This document shows positions 1 through 6,419 of a stretch of DNA of 14,779 nucleotides, in pieces. The DNA comes from Longimicrobiales bacterium. GTDB lineage: Bacteria > Gemmatimonadota > Gemmatimonadetes > Longimicrobiales > RSA9. The stretch spans positions 1-14,779 of the forward strand of contig JBDSPG010000057.1 of NCBI GenBank assembly GCA_039912685.1, given 5' to 3'. A program made the position numbers and the translations under genes. The notes beneath the pieces are model-generated. The model saw nothing but the letters and a program-made list of their open reading frames with translations. It did not search any database and had not been told where the DNA came from. Numbering within the stretch: position 1 is the stretch's first letter; each line of letters begins with the position of its first letter.

Positions 1-418
1 GATTCACCTGCAGTGTAACTTCCTCACGCAGCTCGGCGATCGCCGATTCGCGGCTCTGCGCCATTAGCACGAACATTGACAGAAAGATCGCCTCCAGCGA
101 GACGATCATGGTCAGCAGGCCGAACGGGAACGGATCGAAGGGGCGCAGTCCGAACGCGCGAGTATTCCAGGCGATCCATACCGCAAACCACAGAACATGA
201 AGATTGAAGAAAGTGGCGGAGCTGGCAGCCCTCGTGAGCGAGTCTGCGAGCCGCTCCATGATCGTGCGGTCCGCAGCATGGCCGGCTTTGAGTGCGCGCA
301 TCGCGCGCGATACGCTGCGCGCACCGCGTCGGTCGACACCGGTATCCGCCTGGTCGGCGAGTTGCGGCGTCGCGTCCTGGAGCTGTACGGGTTCCGGGTT
401 TTCGTGCATGGGACGCAT
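1..418 (-). CDS. DUF1003 (PF06210-like) small membrane protein, 3' end cut off by the window edge
   Basis: Absent from the ORF track because it runs off the window. Hand translation of the minus strand from the ATG at 418-416 gives MRPMHENPEPVQLQDATPQLADQADTGVDRRGARSVSRAMRALKAGHAADRTIMERLADSLTRAASSATFFNLHVLWFAVWIAWNTRAFGLRPFDPFPFGLLTMIVSLEAIFLSMFVLMAQSRESAIAELREEVTLQVN, still open at position 1. There is an in-frame TAA at 461-463 just upstream. The 'WFAVWIAWNT...FDPFPFGLLTMIVSLEAIFLSMFVLMAQSRE' core matches the two-helix DUF1003 signature (fDPyPF..LLn..lS..aa...l.lMsQNRq). The listed 24..515(-) ORF is in a different frame and is Arg/Pro-rich GC-frame junk. Confidence 0.65.
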   Translation of the reverse strand, partial: MRPMHENPEPVQLQDATPQLADQADTGVDRRGARSVSRAMRALKAGHAADRTIMERLADSLTRAASSATFFNLHVLWFAVWIAWNTRAFGLRPFDPFPFGLLTMIVSLEAIFLSMFVLMAQSRESAIAELREEVTLQVN

Positions 419-478
419 GATGGCGATTATCGTGCCCCGCAGCCAGCGCGATGGGTCGCTTTACGAGCCACGGGATCT

Positions 479-1213
479 CTACCAGCGCCGGACCAAACCC
501 ACGCCGACATACCATTCGCCCGCGCCATTAAGCCGATGCCCCACTCGCGCGTCCAGCTGCAGGTCTCCTGTGATGCTGCGCGTCATCCCGACATCCGTGA
601 AAACCGCATGGTCCCGAAACGGGCCGTTGAGCACGCGAGTGCCGTATGCCTCGGCGAAGACTCCCGTGCGCCTCCCGATCTCAGCACCCAGGACAATGCT
701 GCCACTCGCTTCGCCCGACCGGCCGGATGGTCCGGGCTGTGAAGCGAATGATGCATTCGCACCCAGCGCGACGCTCTCACTCAATGGACGCTCCAGGGAC
801 AACAGGACTTCAGGTACCACGCCATCCGCCGTTTCCGTTGACGCACCCGTCGGAAATATGGCACCCACGATGACCGCGGCCCGCGGTGAAAGCGAAAATT
901 TTGCGCCGATGCCAGCGTCCTCGATGCCGTTCGCCTCGACACCATTCCCACGCGTCAGCACGTAGGAGTTCGCCAACACGCGCAGTTCGAACCTGCGCGT
1001 CAGACCGATACGCAGCAGCAGCTCACCAATCGCGTGGCGACTGATGCCGTCGGTGCGCGTCAGTGTGTATCCGCTCTCCAGCTGCGGACGCGACACCACG
1101 ACCACGCTCTCGGTGAAGTCCGGACGATCACTCGTCAGCTCCTGTGATGATGCGGCTGCCGGTAGCATGAGAACCACGGCAAACAGGAACGGTACCGTCG
1201 GACGTCGCATCAT
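479..1213 (-). CDS. Outer-membrane beta-barrel protein, PF13557 (MetA-pathway/'transporter' family)-like, with signal peptide
   Basis: 244 aa. N-terminal signal peptide MMRRPTVPFLFAVVLMLPAAASSQE. Mature N-terminus TSDRPDFTESVVVVSRPQLESGYTLTRTDG...LLLRIGLTRRFELRV resembles the family consensus (tDRPgft.s..tv..G.lQlEsGyt...lRiGltd.lElrl). Remainder is rich in alternating beta-strand patterns and ends in aromatic W. Its ATG (1213) overlaps the ZIP gene stop as ATGA. Confidence 0.65.
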   Translation of the reverse strand: MMRRPTVPFLFAVVLMLPAAASSQELTSDRPDFTESVVVVSRPQLESGYTLTRTDGISRHAIGELLLRIGLTRRFELRVLANSYVLTRGNGVEANGIEDAGIGAKFSLSPRAAVIVGAIFPTGASTETADGVVPEVLLSLERPLSESVALGANASFASQPGPSGRSGEASGSIVLGAEIGRRTGVFAEAYGTRVLNGPFRDHAVFTDVGMTRSITGDLQLDARVGHRLNGAGEWYVGVGLVRRW

Positions 1214-2388
1214 GCCGCGACGAACAGGCCGGTCGCGTACATCACGAGCATGCCGAGCGCAAACCCGGCTGCATTGCGTGGACTCGTCAGACCGCGCTCA
1301 CTGCCCGCGAAGAAGCTCGCAATTGCGTAGATGACCTGCGCAATTGCACCCGCTCCGATTGCGAAGAACAACGTGGTAAGTACGGGCGAATAGCTCAACC
1401 CGCCGATCCACGCACCTGCAATAGTCGGCAACCCCGCCAGCAGGCCCAGGCCGATCAGTCGGCTCACACGCGGGCGACCACTTGCCAGCGGCGTAACGAT
1501 CGCAAGGCCTTCCGTCGTATTGTGCAGCAGGAAACCAAGCACCAGGAACGTACCAAGCGCGATCTCTCCCGTCGCATACGCACTACCGACTGCCAGACCC
1601 TCGCCGAGATTGTGCAGTCCGATTCCGATCGCGACCAGCAGCGCCAGACGGTTTGCTGCGCCTTCACCGGTTTGCGTGCGAGAACTGTCCGCACGTCCGA
1701 GTGCAAAGAGCAGCAGCGCCGTCAGCGTGCTGCCGAGCATGACAATGCCGAGCCCCTGATACGCACCGGGAACCAGCTGTGACATATCAAGCGCCTCTGC
1801 CATTGCTTCAATGCCGAGGAAAAGCAGCAGGCCGACCGTGAACGCGAGGAAGAAATCGAGGGTCTCGTGTTCTACTCGGCGAAGGAACGGCAGCCACAAC
1901 AGACCGAGCAGCACAGGAATCACGCCGACATATATGCCGAGCACCGCAAACATGCCGATCTGTTTTGCGCCCGCGCGCGGCGTCTGCACCGCCGCTTGCA
2001 CTTCACTTTCGAACGTCACGCCCGTGCTCGTGACGAGCTTCACTACGTGACGCTCGCCCGTGACCCACGGATATGGAATGGTGATGACACGCGACGACAG
2101 ACGCTCCATGCGACGATCGCCATCGAGCGTGTGCACCCATGCCGCATCATCGATCGTGATCTGCGCGATCGTCACCGGCTCCGCGCCGCCGTTCACAACC
2201 CGTAGCTTCATCACGTTCGGCTCCGGCAGCGTAATTCGCTCGATGACCAGATCTTCAACCGGGATCGCACCTGATTCAAGCATGCCGAGCGGTCCGTGAC
2301 GAAGCAGAATGACAACGAGGATCGCCAGCAGCGCGAGCGGAAACAGTGCGCGCACCCACAGCGACGTATTGCTGCTTGTCTCAGGCAT
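1210..2388 (-). CDS. ZIP-family divalent metal permease (ZupT-like 8-TM core) with an extra N-terminal TM anchor plus a ~110-aa extracytoplasmic beta-rich domain
   Basis: 392 aa. Core motifs GIGLHNLGEGLAVG and FLLHNTTEGLAIV are the ZIP TM4/TM5 metal-site signatures (HNxxEG). Residues ~12-30 form a TM helix. Residues ~31-140 (VEDLVIERITLPEPNVMKLRVVNGGAEPVTIAQITIDDAAWVHTLDGDRRMERLSSRVITIPYPWVTGERHVVKLVTSTGVTFESEV) are hydrophilic and beta-rich before the first core helix. The ATG at 2388 forms an 8-nt overlap (ATGCCTGA) with the MCO stop. Confidence 0.85.
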   Translation of the reverse strand: MPETSSNTSLWVRALFPLALLAILVVILLRHGPLGMLESGAIPVEDLVIERITLPEPNVMKLRVVNGGAEPVTIAQITIDDAAWVHTLDGDRRMERLSSRVITIPYPWVTGERHVVKLVTSTGVTFESEVQAAVQTPRAGAKQIGMFAVLGIYVGVIPVLLGLLWLPFLRRVEHETLDFFLAFTVGLLLFLGIEAMAEALDMSQLVPGAYQGLGIVMLGSTLTALLLFALGRADSSRTQTGEGAANRLALLVAIGIGLHNLGEGLAVGSAYATGEIALGTFLVLGFLLHNTTEGLAIVTPLASGRPRVSRLIGLGLLAGLPTIAGAWIGGLSYSPVLTTLFFAIGAGAIAQVIYAIASFFAGSERGLTSPRNAAGFALGMLVMYATGLFVAA

Positions 2389-3436
2389 GGACTACCGGGC
2401 GGACATTGAATGCACCCGACCAGCCGAGCTCCGCAAACTCGCTTTGATGTGCGTGGAACATGAACTGGCCCGTGTGCTTGTAACGGAACTCCACAACACC
2501 ACGCTCGCCCTGGCACAGCGCAACTGTGTCCGTCGACTCGTACTGCGTCAGGGTCGTGCCGGTCCTGTAGTACTTGAAGATGTTGCCGTGCAGATGAAAT
2601 GAATTCAACAGATCGAATTCCGTCATGTTGCCGAGATAGATGCGCACCAGCTCGCCCTGATCGATCTGGATGGGATGCTTCTGGTAATGAAATGCGACGC
2701 TGTTCACCGCGTACACTTCATTGTCATTGTCGAGGTTCGTGTCAAAGCCATTCATCATCATCACCATCTCGCGCGCTGGCTCGCGCGGCGTCGGTGGATC
2801 GATGATGAACATGCCGTACAGGCCCTTGTGGATGTGGCGCTTGAACGGCGGTACGTGACAGTGGTACAGGTGAACGCCGAACGGCTCCGCGTCGAACTCA
2901 TACACGAACGCGCTTCCGGGCTGCACGATTTCCATCGCGCCATCCATGTTCGCCGGATGAACGCCATGAAAATGCATCGTGTGCGGGTGCGTGCCGCCAT
3001 TCACGAACCGGACTCGCACGCGGTCACCCTCCGTGCAGCGGATCGTCGGACCCGGCACGCTGCCGTTGTACGTCCACGCGGGGAAATAAAGGCCGGGCGC
3101 GATCTCGATCTCGCGATTCGTCGCAACGATCTCGTACTCGCGTACCCTACGGCCGTCCGCGGATGCGGCCTCGCGGCCATATTCGAAGTGTGTCAGAAAT
3201 GCATCGGGATCGAGGCCACCGGGCTTGATGTCACCTACAACATCGAGTGCGTGCGGTGAGTGTGCGTCATGCGACGACATCAGCGGGGTCACCGTCGACT
3301 CAGGCGCAGACCCTGCAACCGCCCGCGCGATCCCCGCGGATGCCGCGGCCACGGCCGCTGTGCCCAACGCGCCCCTGCGCAGAAGAGTCCGTCGTGTAAT
3401 GGATTTGTCGTTCCGATCGGTCATAGGCCCGCCCAT
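2381..3436 (-). CDS. TAT-secreted two-domain multicopper oxidase (small laccase/NirK-like fold)
   Basis: Copper-ligand motifs in order: HPHTMHFHG (HxH), HLYHCHV...HIH...M (HCH plus T1 His/Met), FHLHG (HxH), FHAHQ (HxH). Twin-arginine signal TRRTLLRRGALGTAAVAAASAGIARA. His-rich mature N-terminus SSHDAHSPHALD. The track ORF 2381..3916 carries a 160-aa Arg-rich N-terminal extension that overlaps the regulator gene and is rejected. Start chosen at the ATG at 3436 (MGGPMTDRNDKSITRR...); an alternative ATG lies at 3424 (MTDRNDK...). Confidence 0.8.
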   Translation of the reverse strand: MGGPMTDRNDKSITRRTLLRRGALGTAAVAAASAGIARAVAGSAPESTVTPLMSSHDAHSPHALDVVGDIKPGGLDPDAFLTHFEYGREAASADGRRVREYEIVATNREIEIAPGLYFPAWTYNGSVPGPTIRCTEGDRVRVRFVNGGTHPHTMHFHGVHPANMDGAMEIVQPGSAFVYEFDAEPFGVHLYHCHVPPFKRHIHKGLYGMFIIDPPTPREPAREMVMMMNGFDTNLDNDNEVYAVNSVAFHYQKHPIQIDQGELVRIYLGNMTEFDLLNSFHLHGNIFKYYRTGTTLTQYESTDTVALCQGERGVVEFRYKHTGQFMFHAHQSEFAELGWSGAFNVRPVVHA

Positions 3437-3457
3437 GTTTATGTCCCGCCCAACTTC

Positions 3458-3486
3458 ATAATTAGGCAGGACTAAAACAATGTCAA
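3458..3486 (-). promoter_or_regulatory. Putative sigma70 promoter for the MCO-ZIP-OMP string: TTGACA(-35)-N17-AATTAT(-10)
   Basis: Minus-strand reading of 3437-3519: ...GGCCTTGACATTGTTTTAGTCCTGCCTAATTATGAAGTTGGGCGGGACATAAAC-ATG. The -35 is a perfect TTGACA (plus 3481-3486). The spacer is 17 nt. The -10 AATTAT (plus 3458-3463) matches 4/6 including A2 and T6. Predicted TSS is ~14 nt upstream of the ATG at 3436. Confidence 0.4.
3462..3475. promoter_or_regulatory. Imperfect palindrome TTAGGCAGGACTAA in the promoter spacer; candidate DtxR/MntR-family operator
   Basis: Outer arms TTAG/CTAA are exact inverted repeats and resemble TTAGG/CCTAA half-sites of DtxR/IdeR-type boxes. It sits between -35 and -10, where repressors of this family typically bind. 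It lies 45 bp downstream of the regulator gene stop. Confidence 0.3.
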
Positions 3487-3519
3487 GGCCAGACTTTCTG
3501 TAATTTACCGCAAACGGGG

Positions 3520-4188
3520 TTAGGCGAGGTCTGGTTCCGGCGGGGCGACCTGGATTTTGGCGGCGATTTCGGCGCCGACCACGCATTCCGTGCCGGCGAC
3601 ACGTAGGCGCAGCGGCCCGTTGAAGGGCGCGCGGTCGAGGATCTCGAGCTGAGCGCCCGGGATCAGTCCAAGTTCGGCAAAGTAGCGGAGCTCGGCGGGG
3701 TCGTCGTCGGGGACTTGCCTCAAGAGTACGGCGGAGCCGACGGGTATTTCGGCAAGCGACGGCAGATGTACGTCTTCGAAAACTCCTGCGGCTGTCGGAA
3801 TTGGCGCGCCATGCGGATCCGCGACAGGTTCGCCGAGTGCCTTGGCCATTCGGTCGATGAGCTCCTCTGAGGCCGAGTGCTCTAGCTGTTCGGCTTCGGC
3901 ATGTACGCGGTCCCATGGGTAGCCGAGCACATGGACGAGGAATGCTTCCAGGATCCGATGACGCCGAATGGTGCGCACGGCGGTATGCGTCCCGCGCGCG
4001 GTCAGCCTCGCGCCATAATAGCGCGTGTGTTCGACGAGGCCCTGCTCCGCCAGCCGCTTGAGCATGCCGGTTACGGAGCCCGCCGCGATGCCGAGCTGGT
4101 CAGCGATCGCTGAAGTGCTTGCCGACTCCCCCTCACGGGAGAGCTGGTAGATCGCCTTGAGGTAGTCTTCGACCGCCGGACTCGTCAT
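3520..4188 (-). CDS. DtxR/MntR-family metal-dependent transcriptional regulator with C-terminal FeoA/SH3-like domain
   Basis: 222 aa. N-terminus MTSPAVEDYLKAIYQL is nearly identical to the B. subtilis MntR N-terminus (MTTPSMEDYIEQIYML). Winged-HTH residues ~20-70. Metal-site region H77...H96-E98-E100-E103-H104. C-terminal SH3-like segment VGSAVLLRQV...LRYFAELGLIPGAQLEIL. Confidence 0.9.
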   Translation of the reverse strand: MTSPAVEDYLKAIYQLSREGESASTSAIADQLGIAAGSVTGMLKRLAEQGLVEHTRYYGARLTARGTHTAVRTIRRHRILEAFLVHVLGYPWDRVHAEAEQLEHSASEELIDRMAKALGEPVADPHGAPIPTAAGVFEDVHLPSLAEIPVGSAVLLRQVPDDDPAELRYFAELGLIPGAQLEILDRAPFNGPLRLRVAGTECVVGAEIAAKIQVAPPEPDLA

Positions 4189-4203
4189 ACCGCAAGATGA
4201 CGT

Positions 4204-4227
4204 GCCGGTCGGAAAACGACAACCGGC
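4204..4227 (-). other. Stem-loop (GCCGG-TCG-GAAAA-CGA-CA-ACCGGC) between flotillin stop and regulator start
   Basis: Inverted repeat GCCGGT...ACCGGC with inner TCG/CGA pairing, in the 41-bp gap 4189-4229. No downstream U-tract on the transcribed (minus) strand, so it is not a canonical intrinsic terminator. Confidence 0.25.
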
Positions 4228-4229
4228 GT

Positions 4230-5723
4230 TTACGGTGCGTCGAGATTCGAACCAGCGGCAGGCGCTCCGACTTTCCCGCCCAGGTTCTTCATAAACGAAT
4301 CGAGGTCCAGCCCCATCGCGCCCGCGACCTGCTCGAGTGCGCGAATGGAAGCGTTCACTTTCTGCGACGTCGCATTAGCGACGCCCTGACCGTTTCCGCT
4401 GTCGATGACAGTGAGGCGGTCGATCTGCACATCCTTCATGGCATCGACGGTGACGCCGAGCAGCGCCGGCATCTTTTCGGCGAGGAAGACCTGCAGTCCG
4501 ATATCGCCGCCCTTGGCGATCTGGGCGAACAGCAGGGCAAGTACTTCCGCCTGCGCGCGACCGCTCTCCATGATCGGGGCGGCCTCCGCCTTGGCGGCAG
4601 ACTCCGCGGCCATACGCGCCGCTTCCGCGGGTTGCACGACATCTGCCTGCAGCCTTGTGCGCTCCGTTTTCACGCGCTGCTCCTGATACGCAGTCTGCGC
4701 TTCCGACTCGGCGCGCTGTGCATTCGCGTGCGCAACCTTTTCCGCGGTTTCCGAAAGCTGCAGCAGCTCCGCCTGTCGTACACGGAGTGCATTCTTCGCT
4801 TCGGAAATTTTCACGTCAGCATTCGCCTGCGCGACTTCCGCGATCTGCTTGGACGCCGCCTGCTGTGTGCGGATCTCCGCGTCCGCCGTAGCGTTCGCGA
4901 CTTCCGCGCGCTGACGTGCCTGCGCCTGGCTCTCCTTGACGTGCGCCTCTGCTTCAGCCTGCGCGACCTGCGCCATCTTGGTCGCTTCCGCCTGCTGCTG
5001 CTTGATCTGTGCGTCGGCCATCGCAGCCGCAACTTCTGCGACGCGCTTCGCTTCGGACTGGCGCAGCCGAGTTTCCGCGATTGCGTTCGCCTTTGCGATC
5101 TCGGCATCACGCAGTGCTTCCGCAGTGGCCTTCTCACCAATCGCCTGCAGATATCCGACCTTGTCGCTTACATGCTGAATCTTGAGCACGTCGAGCTGCA
5201 GGCCGAGCTTCTTCAGGTCGTGATCGGCTTCCTCGGAGAGATGCTCTGCGAATCCGAGACGGTCTTCGTTGACCTGCTCCGGCGTCAGCTTCGACAGCAC
5301 GCCACGCAGGTTACCGGTCAACGTTTCGCGCGCGAGACGCTCGATCTCCGCCTGCGTCTTGCCGAGCAGTCTTTCGACGGCGTTGTTGAATACGGCTTCC
5401 GGTGAGGACGCGATCTTCACGTTCGCGATGGCCTGCACCGCGAGCGGGATGTTGCCTTTGGAGTACGCGTCATCAACGCTGATCTCGAGCGGGATCGTGC
5501 CGAGCGTTAGCCACTGCACGCGTTCCAGAATGGGTATGCGCAGGGTGCGACCGCCGGTTACGGTGCGATAACCGACGCTGCTGCCATCACCGAGCGCGCG
5601 TTTGCGACCCGTAATTGCTGCCGCCATGTTTGGCGGCACGATGATCACGAGGCGGTTTATCGTGAAAAGGATGAGCACTGCGACGGCAAGCAGTACGCCA
5701 CCGATGATCAAGCCCGTATTCAT
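4230..5723 (-). CDS. Flotillin-like SPFH/Band-7 protein (FloT/YqiK type)
   Basis: 497 aa. N-terminal TM helix, then SPFH core (PILERVQWLTLGTIPLEISVDDAYSKGNIPLAVQAIANVKI...). Long Ala/Glu/Gln coiled-coil with ~22-residue repeats. Gly/Ala-rich C-terminus. Start ATG 5723 lies 2 nt after the NfeD gene stop. Confidence 0.9.
   Translation of the reverse strand: MNTGLIIGGVLLAVAVLILFTINRLVIIVPPNMAAAITGRKRALGDGSSVGYRTVTGGRTLRIPILERVQWLTLGTIPLEISVDDAYSKGNIPLAVQAIANVKIASSPEAVFNNAVERLLGKTQAEIERLARETLTGNLRGVLSKLTPEQVNEDRLGFAEHLSEEADHDLKKLGLQLDVLKIQHVSDKVGYLQAIGEKATAEALRDAEIAKANAIAETRLRQSEAKRVAEVAAAMADAQIKQQQAEATKMAQVAQAEAEAHVKESQAQARQRAEVANATADAEIRTQQAASKQIAEVAQANADVKISEAKNALRVRQAELLQLSETAEKVAHANAQRAESEAQTAYQEQRVKTERTRLQADVVQPAEAARMAAESAAKAEAAPIMESGRAQAEVLALLFAQIAKGGDIGLQVFLAEKMPALLGVTVDAMKDVQIDRLTVIDSGNGQGVANATSQKVNASIRALEQVAGAMGLDLDSFMKNLGGKVGAPAAGSNLDAP
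4689..5126 (-). repeat. Imperfect tandem nucleotide periodicity encoding the flotillin EA-rich coiled-coil (22-aa units such as AEVAxAxADAxI...)
   Basis: Protein residues ~200-345 show repeating units RVAEVAAAMADAQIKQQQAEATKM / AQVAQAEAEAHVKESQAQARQR / AEVANATADAEIRTQQAASKQI / AEVAQANADVKISEAKNALRVRQ. The DNA shows recurring gcgcctgcgc / ttccgcg / cttcgc blocks. This also generates long spurious ORFs in other frames. Confidence 0.4.
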
Positions 5724-5725
5724 CT

Positions 5726-6301
5726 TTACTCCGTTTCAGAAGGAAGGAGCGCATCCGCGCGCTCGAACTCGTGGAGAGGCGATACGAACGCAGTGCCTCC
5801 CCTTATCTCTACGACGACAACCTGCTTCCAGGTTTCGGGCTGCAGCGCATTCTTGTCATAGCATTCCGCCATCAGCTCGATTTCGCGACCGCTTCGCTCG
5901 ACGGCAATTTTCCCTCTGCCGCCGCGCAGCGGCAGCACGACGTGGCCGAGCAGACCTTCGAACGAAGCATCCGTTTCCATTGCACCGGAGTTCGTCTGTT
6001 TCAGGTAGCGGAACATCGCGACGCTTGTGAAGGCCGACACAATGCCGGTGAAGAGCGCGCCGAAAAACGCGAGCAGCGGCGCCTTCCCGCCCGACGTGAA
6101 GTGCACCAGCACACCGACCGCGCCGAACGCGAACAGGAAGTACGTCGCTGCGCGCAGTGAAAAGAGCTGCCAGTGCGAATCGGCGCCGTCGTGTTCGATG
6201 TGGATGTGATCGGCCCCCTCGGAGCCGAAGAAATCGCCGGCGAGGGAGAAGAGTGCGAGGCCGCCCCCGAGAACGAGAGCGAACCAGAACAGCGTCAGCA
6301 T
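5726..6301 (-). CDS. NfeD/YqiJ-like membrane protein (flotillin-associated)
   Basis: Two or three N-terminal TM helices (MLTLFWFALVLGGGLALFSLAG...; LFSLRAATYFLFAFGAVGVLV; LLAFFGALFTGIVSAFTSVAMF). C-terminal soluble beta-rich domain (GLLGHVVLPLRGGRGKIAVERSGREIELMAECYDK...VVVVEIRGGTAFVSPL) typical of the NfeD OB-fold. Sits immediately upstream of the flotillin, the canonical gene pair. The track start (GTG at 6406) is replaced by the ATG at 6301, which has a strong SD (GGAGGATCCC-ATG) and leaves a sensible 118-bp divergent intergenic region to the MATE gene. Confidence 0.75.
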   Translation of the reverse strand: MLTLFWFALVLGGGLALFSLAGDFFGSEGADHIHIEHDGADSHWQLFSLRAATYFLFAFGAVGVLVHFTSGGKAPLLAFFGALFTGIVSAFTSVAMFRYLKQTNSGAMETDASFEGLLGHVVLPLRGGRGKIAVERSGREIELMAECYDKNALQPETWKQVVVVEIRGGTAFVSPLHEFERADALLPSETE

Positions 6302-6419
6302 GGGATCCTCCGAAGTGCCGACGGCGCGATATCGTGCCGGAGCGGCGGGTGTCCTACCAAGATAATAGCGGCCGGACGGGACGCCATGAAAATCGGAGCG
6401 GTACACGGTATCTTATCCC

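Noticed and set aside
24-515. 163-aa minus-strand ORF, and the plus-strand ORFs 197..742 and 204..965
   Set aside because: Arg/Ala/Pro-rich with no motifs. They overlap the DUF1003 and OMP genes, which have clear family signatures in other frames.
2675-3259. 194-aa plus-strand ORF with an HHHHH run, antisense to the MCO
   Set aside because: Antisense shadow of His-codon-rich MCO copper-site regions; no independent support.
3437-3916. N-terminal 160-aa extension of the track ORF 2381..3916 (MGPRTCRSRTARALGLRG...)
   Set aside because: Extremely Arg-rich and overlaps the well-supported DtxR/MntR regulator gene on the same strand in another frame. The real MCO N-terminus is the TAT signal beginning at the ATG at 3436 or 3424.
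4197-5405. 402-aa ORF on the plus strand (and the 109-aa and 93-aa ORFs nearby)
   Set aside because: It lies antisense and out of frame over the flotillin coiled-coil repeat. The product is an Arg/Leu/Cys-rich low-complexity string with no domain features. It is a typical artefact of GC-rich repetitive Ala/Glu-coding DNA.
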